Assembly (NCBI GenBank): GCA_044892505.1 | Contig: CM097883.1 | Coordinates: forward strand, 293,632,001 to 293,696,000 | Direction: 5' to 3' | DNA: 64,000 nucleotides | Source of the DNA: Schmidtea nova | Taxonomy: Eukaryota | In this document: piece after piece, positions 58,881-64,000 of the stretch | Position numbering within the stretch: position 1 is the stretch's first letter | Layout: each line of letters opens with the position of its first letter | The notes under the pieces: model-generated | Databases searched by the model: none | Seen by the model: the letters and a program-made list of their open reading frames with translations, nothing else | Told to the model about the DNA's origin: nothing | Position numbers and translations under genes: made by a program

Positions 58881-61800
58881 AAAAATAATAGTCGTAATTT
58901 TCAAAGAAATTTTATCAAGAAATTATAAATTATTGTTAAAATTTCAAATACTTATTTATATATTAATTTTTGATTAACCAATTTTGATATGATTTTTTTA
59001 ATAAAATTGAAAGTAGATTAACACTTTTTAACCATTTCTAATTACTAAAATAAACAGAAAGAGTAAACGAATTTATTGATATTTATTACCAACAATTATT
59101 TGTTTTTTCACTGTAAACTAAATCAAAAGGTTAATTTGAACCTAAAGTGTAATTTTAAAATAAAATTTTTGTTAAAAATCTCTCTGAAAATAATTCACAG
59201 AAATTGGATTCAATTCTGGAATTAGTCTGACACTTACAATTAAATAAAATAATTTTATTCATTTGTATGAAACCAAAGCTTCATTCTTCCAATTGTCGAT
59301 TATTATTTTATGTATTAATTCTGTTTCTAATCATCATTGGGATTTTGTATTTTTTCGATTATGGACCATTTGGAGTTTATAACAGGCATGTAAGTTTTGT
59401 TATTTATTCCACTTTATATATTATAATATTTCATAATAAGTTATTAATTTTATCAAACAATATTTTCAATTATTGAAACTTATAATTTTTATGTATCAGC
59501 CTGCAAAAAGAAAGAGAAATATATGGAAATTATCTCAATAAAAATACAATACAAATTTCAAAATTCCTATCAATTTTATGTAAAATTAAATATTAAAAGA
59601 AATTCAAACATGCCTCCAATTGAACTATTATTGCGTATTTGATTAAAAGTTAAATTACATATTACAATTAATTAAACCCTGTCTGTTATTTATTTAATAA
59701 ATCACAATTCACTCAACTATACACGTTGTGATTGCTCAAACTGCAGTTAATGCGTAAATGTGTTCCAATACTATTGACTAAATTTGTGCTGATCTATCGG
59801 TGTTTTTAAATTAAATTAACGATAATCTTTGAATTTACAGTAATAAATTGCGTTTAAAAAACAACTTTTGTCTACCGTAAAATAACTCCACGTTTTGGTT
59901 TCTTCCTTCTAAAATTACCATTTTTGTTAAAACAATGTCCGGTTCATTTTTCAATAACTATCTCTTTTAGATTTAGCAAACTTACATTTAAAATTATTTT
60001 TATTTTTAATGCTTTTGTAAATTATTATGTTAATTCCCTTGAAATTAATAGTTATTTAATGATATTTCTCTTTTTCATAGTGAACCAACTAACATGAAAT
60101 TTAATTAAACTTTATAATAACCATTTTTAAATAAATAAACTTTTTTACTCTATTTTTAAAAATATTTTATATTAATTAATTAATTAATATTACTATTAAT
60201 ATTTTATGATTTTATTCATTTTATCTAACTTCGACAATCTTTTCTTCTAACGCCATTGGATGCTTGTAATTGTTTATTTTATTTTTAAATTTAAGGCGAT
60301 TTTGATTCGTTGATGCATTTAGTCGATTCGTTTATTTTAAGTTGTCAATATAAACACGGTGAAACTGAACAATCGTCAATATAAAATTGATTTTTCAATT
60401 AAATTGATTGTGCAATATTTAATTTTACAATTGAATTTGAAACTGTAATCCAATAATTTTTATTTGATTTTCTTATTTTAATTAAGAAATAATTGGGAAA
60501 GAGCAATTATATGAGAAAAATAAGTTTTCAGTGCAACTCTAGGTTGTGTGTTGAAAAAGAAAGTTTTTTGTTAAATACCTCGCAACAAACAAAAATTAAA
60601 TTCAGTCCTTTCTAAGAAATATTTAATTGATTTTATGGCTTATTTATATAGAATTTTGATCTTAATTTAAAAAAATTCATGTATTATTTTATTGACTAGG
60701 TCATCATTTGTTTTACCTTATAAACATAATTAGCTAAGGTTAAAATTATATTAAAATACTTGAGTAAAGGGTTTCCGGTACTTTTTATTTTTCCATAATC
60801 AACATATTGGATAATTATTCCATTTATCATTGACTCTTTTTTGCTACTATTCATAGAACAAATGTTTTTTTCCATTTGGCATCAAAAACTTTAATTTTAA
60901 AAATAAATGGATATACTATTGCTTTTCAAAACGATCTACTTTTAACAATTATGGAGATTTTAAAAATTTAATTTCATACGCTCTAATATAAATTTTCTAT
61001 TAATATAGTTATGCAAGTAAAAACATCTCAAAACTGTAAATATTGACACAAAAATCTCATTTTTAAAATTAGAATTGCTTTTTTTCAAGCAAAATCATAC
61101 AAAATAAGATATTTTGTGATTTTCAATAGATTATCCAATAAAAATAAGTTTCAAGCTTGTTTGACTCTCATCAGTACAATTTAGCATGCTGTCATTACTA
61201 CTGCAGATCACTACTGCAGCGGATGTCCTCATATATGACTAATTTGGCCCAACTAAAATAAATTTTTAGTGATATTCTCTGAAAATTTCTTTTCATCAAA
61301 CTCTTTCTGTCTAAAATCAATAAAGTTTTGTGTCTAAAAAAGATATTAATAATACAACAATGATCATAAATTAAGGGCAAGATAGGCAACAATGAAGGTT
61401 ATCTATAATAACAATTTAAATTATATAGAAAAAAATACACCTACGTCAGATTAAGGCAAAAATTAACAAGTCATAAATTACGGGTTTATACTATACAGTG
61501 GTTCACTCAATAGCATCAGTTATAATGCATGTGAGTGTAACGCATCCAAAGTTATTGCTAATCATTTTCTAAATCCTTTTGTAATATCCATTTTAAAATG
61601 GCTTTAAGGTAATTCAATTTATTAGAATAACTTTTAAGGCTTTTATTTTGATCTCATAATGATATGAGATCACTATAAAAGCTTTAATATATATAATCAG
61701 TTATTTCTAATCACTCTGTAGGAACTTTTGACTTTTTCAAAGAAAACTTTGGATTTATTAACAATCAAAGTAAGTTAAAATTATTTTTAACACTAGAAGC

Positions 61801-62259
61801 ACGGATGTGTCCAAATTGACACATGGCAAACTTAATATCTTATTTTCTTCATAAGTATAAATCATTTCACAATGAATTTGTATGACAATTATTTATTTCA
61901 TGCGCTCATTCAGATGAATATGAAATAGTTCATTTATTCTTATTGATATAAGCAATATAACAATTATACCTATAACTACGGATGATTCAGATTCGACTCA
62001 ACGGTCAAATTGAATTAAATTGAGCGTTTCTATTATCTGAATGCGTGTGTAGTATTGAATTAGACACAGTAAGTATGAAATAATTGTTATTGGCTGTTGT
62101 GAGGAGTTTGCCGAAGACTAATAGTGTGACAAGGTCATAGACATGCTTCACATGACCCTAATGCTCACATTCTTTTTTTAGTTCACTATCTTTATCACTT
62201 TATCGCCTTCGGATTGTTTTTATTATCAGCACGATTACTGTTAGTCCTTTTTTCGTCAC

Positions 62260-62620
62260 ATGTCTTCACCTCCACGACGTCAAGCAGTCAAGCAGAGACT
62301 GAGAATTCTAATGAACATCAACTGCGATGAATCTGGTGAAGAAAATTCCGATGCTGAAGGAATACCGGTGTCTGATGATGCCTTTTCGTCTGCTTCTGAT
62401 GAGAAAATGTCGAATAAATCAAGCGACGATTTTCCACTTCCCTCATTGCTCAACGTATTGGAAACAAGCCATGTAGCTTTACTTCTGTAAAAGTCAGATA
62501 TAAATGATCGCGCAATTGGGAAAGATGGCACAGAATGGCGAACATTTAGGCAACTGCGTTCTGGCGGAAGAAAGACAATTCAAAATGTGCGACTTGTCAA
62601 TGGGGTCCAACTACTATTTC
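62260..62620 (+). pseudogene. piggyBac-like transposase 5' fragment
   Basis: Acidic Ser-rich N-terminus followed in frame, past one stop, by IGKDGTEW...SGGRKTIQNV, typical of PGBD-type N-termini. No clear TTAA-flanked TIR. Confidence 0.55.
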
Positions 62621-63761
62621 TTTTTTCTATGACATAAATGCTTTTAATGAGTAAAACAGAAATGAATAACGTTCAGGTAGGTGTGAATTTTTCTATACTA
62701 TAAGCTTATTGATTATTGTGAGATGTTTAAAAATACTCTTAAGATTTTTATACAATTATTTTAATAAAAAAAAGTATTTTGTAAAGAAAACATCTCGTTT
62801 AAAATAAAAATAATTATCAAGTAAAGATTTTAATAATTAGAATATTTAAAATCAAATTTAAAATTTACAATAAAAAGTTTTATTAAAGTTTTTACTAAAT
62901 ATATAAGTTTATTAAAATATAGCTGAAATTAATTAAATATCGTATGTTGAATATATGAATGAATGTTTAAAAATTCTGTCAAGAAAAATTACATATTTAT
63001 TTAAATCTCCTAACGTTGTTTAAATAATTGTGGTAAAAATTTTTTTTTTGAAAATTTGTTAATTTAATTACTAATTTAATGATCGATGCAATTAGCACTC
63101 GAAGTTCGGGAAAAGAAGATACTAACAATTATTATACATGAGTGAAACACGATGTATAGAAGAATTGAAAAATATATCAGGTAAAAAACACATACACAAC
63201 ACTCAAAAATTATTTAATACAAAATTCACACATAGGGACACATATTAACTGATAATTTTTAATTTAGTGCATTTAAAAATGAAACGATTTATAAAGACAT
63301 TTCAGAAGTTTCGTCGGAATCAATAATACCATTTATAGAAGAGAATCAAAGAGAAATGTAGATTTAAAATTATATTAAAATATTTAATAAAAGATATTGA
63401 AATGTAGAAAATGAAGTTATTATGCCTTAAGCCGCCGAACCTGTAGAAGGAAAACATCAAAAAACGTAAAAAAATTTGAATTTTTAATTTTTAACTTAAC
63501 CTGAAAAAAATTATTAATTGAAGTAATAAAAGGGGTGAAGATTATCAGGAATTTAGGCAGGTAAATAGGTTTTGAACCTAAAAGTATCCGAAACATCGTG
63601 TCAAGGTAGGAAAAATTGATCATATAAAAAAATTCTTCCAAAAGTCTTTTTTCAAAGATGAAATCTTGGGAGATGTCTAATTTTATTGTCAAATAACATT
63701 TATAATGACTTACTTTTTTCCAGTATTTTATAATTAAAAAAAAATAAATAAATATAAATAA

Positions 63762-63765
<4 letters not shown>

Positions 63766-63796
<31 letters not shown>
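63766..63796. repeat. (TA)n microsatellite
   Basis: Pure TA run. Confidence 0.95.
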
Positions 63797-63800
<4 letters not shown>

Positions 63801-64000
63801 ATAAATTGATATTTAACTTGAAATATTAAGTAAATTTAAAATATGCTAAAATAGCTTCAAAATATGGTTAAAATACATAATTACTTAACAACTGCCCGTA
63901 ATATATGTCTTTGTAGTGTAGTAGTAGTAAAAGTTATAGTAATAATAAAAGTCATAATATTCGGAACATTAAAGAATTGCAAAGGTTAGATTATCAATTA

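Noticed and set aside
61494-61560. TA-CAGTGGTTCACTC possible pogo/Tc1 terminus
   Set aside because: No matching opposite TIR found by eye.

Overview
Very AT-rich eukaryotic (probably invertebrate) DNA with three N gaps. The composition and repeat content resemble planarian-type genomes, but the taxon cannot be proven from sequence. Nearly all of the window is nested transposable elements; there is no rRNA, tRNA or CRISPR array. The centrepiece is an intact, very young 16.4-kb Ty3/Gypsy-type LTR retroelement on the minus strand (36587-52960). It has LTRs identical by eye except for one indel, a 4-bp TSD (ACAT), a tRNA-Trp PBS and a PPT. Its single ~3200-aa polyprotein reads Gag (capsid-like, 3 CCHC knuckles), two [helical + ubiquitin-like] repeats, a Bcl-2-like domain, an internal signal peptide, a chuvirus/herpes-gB-like class III fusion glycoprotein with TM, protease, a dUTPase-like domain, RT, RNase H, integrase, and an extra hydrophobic-leader domain. 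A second ORF encodes a cupin-like domain plus a REX4/ISG20-like DEDDh exonuclease. This looks like an enveloped, virus-like retroelement carrying putative anti-apoptotic and RNA-processing cargo. Around it are related LTRs sharing conserved motifs, two decayed Gypsy elements, Tc1/mariner, hAT and Merlin-like MITEs, a Polinton/Maverick-type DNA polymerase pseudogene split by a solo LTR, a piggyBac fragment and one orphan 178-aa ORF. All domain calls come from motif recognition by eye, not from database searches.
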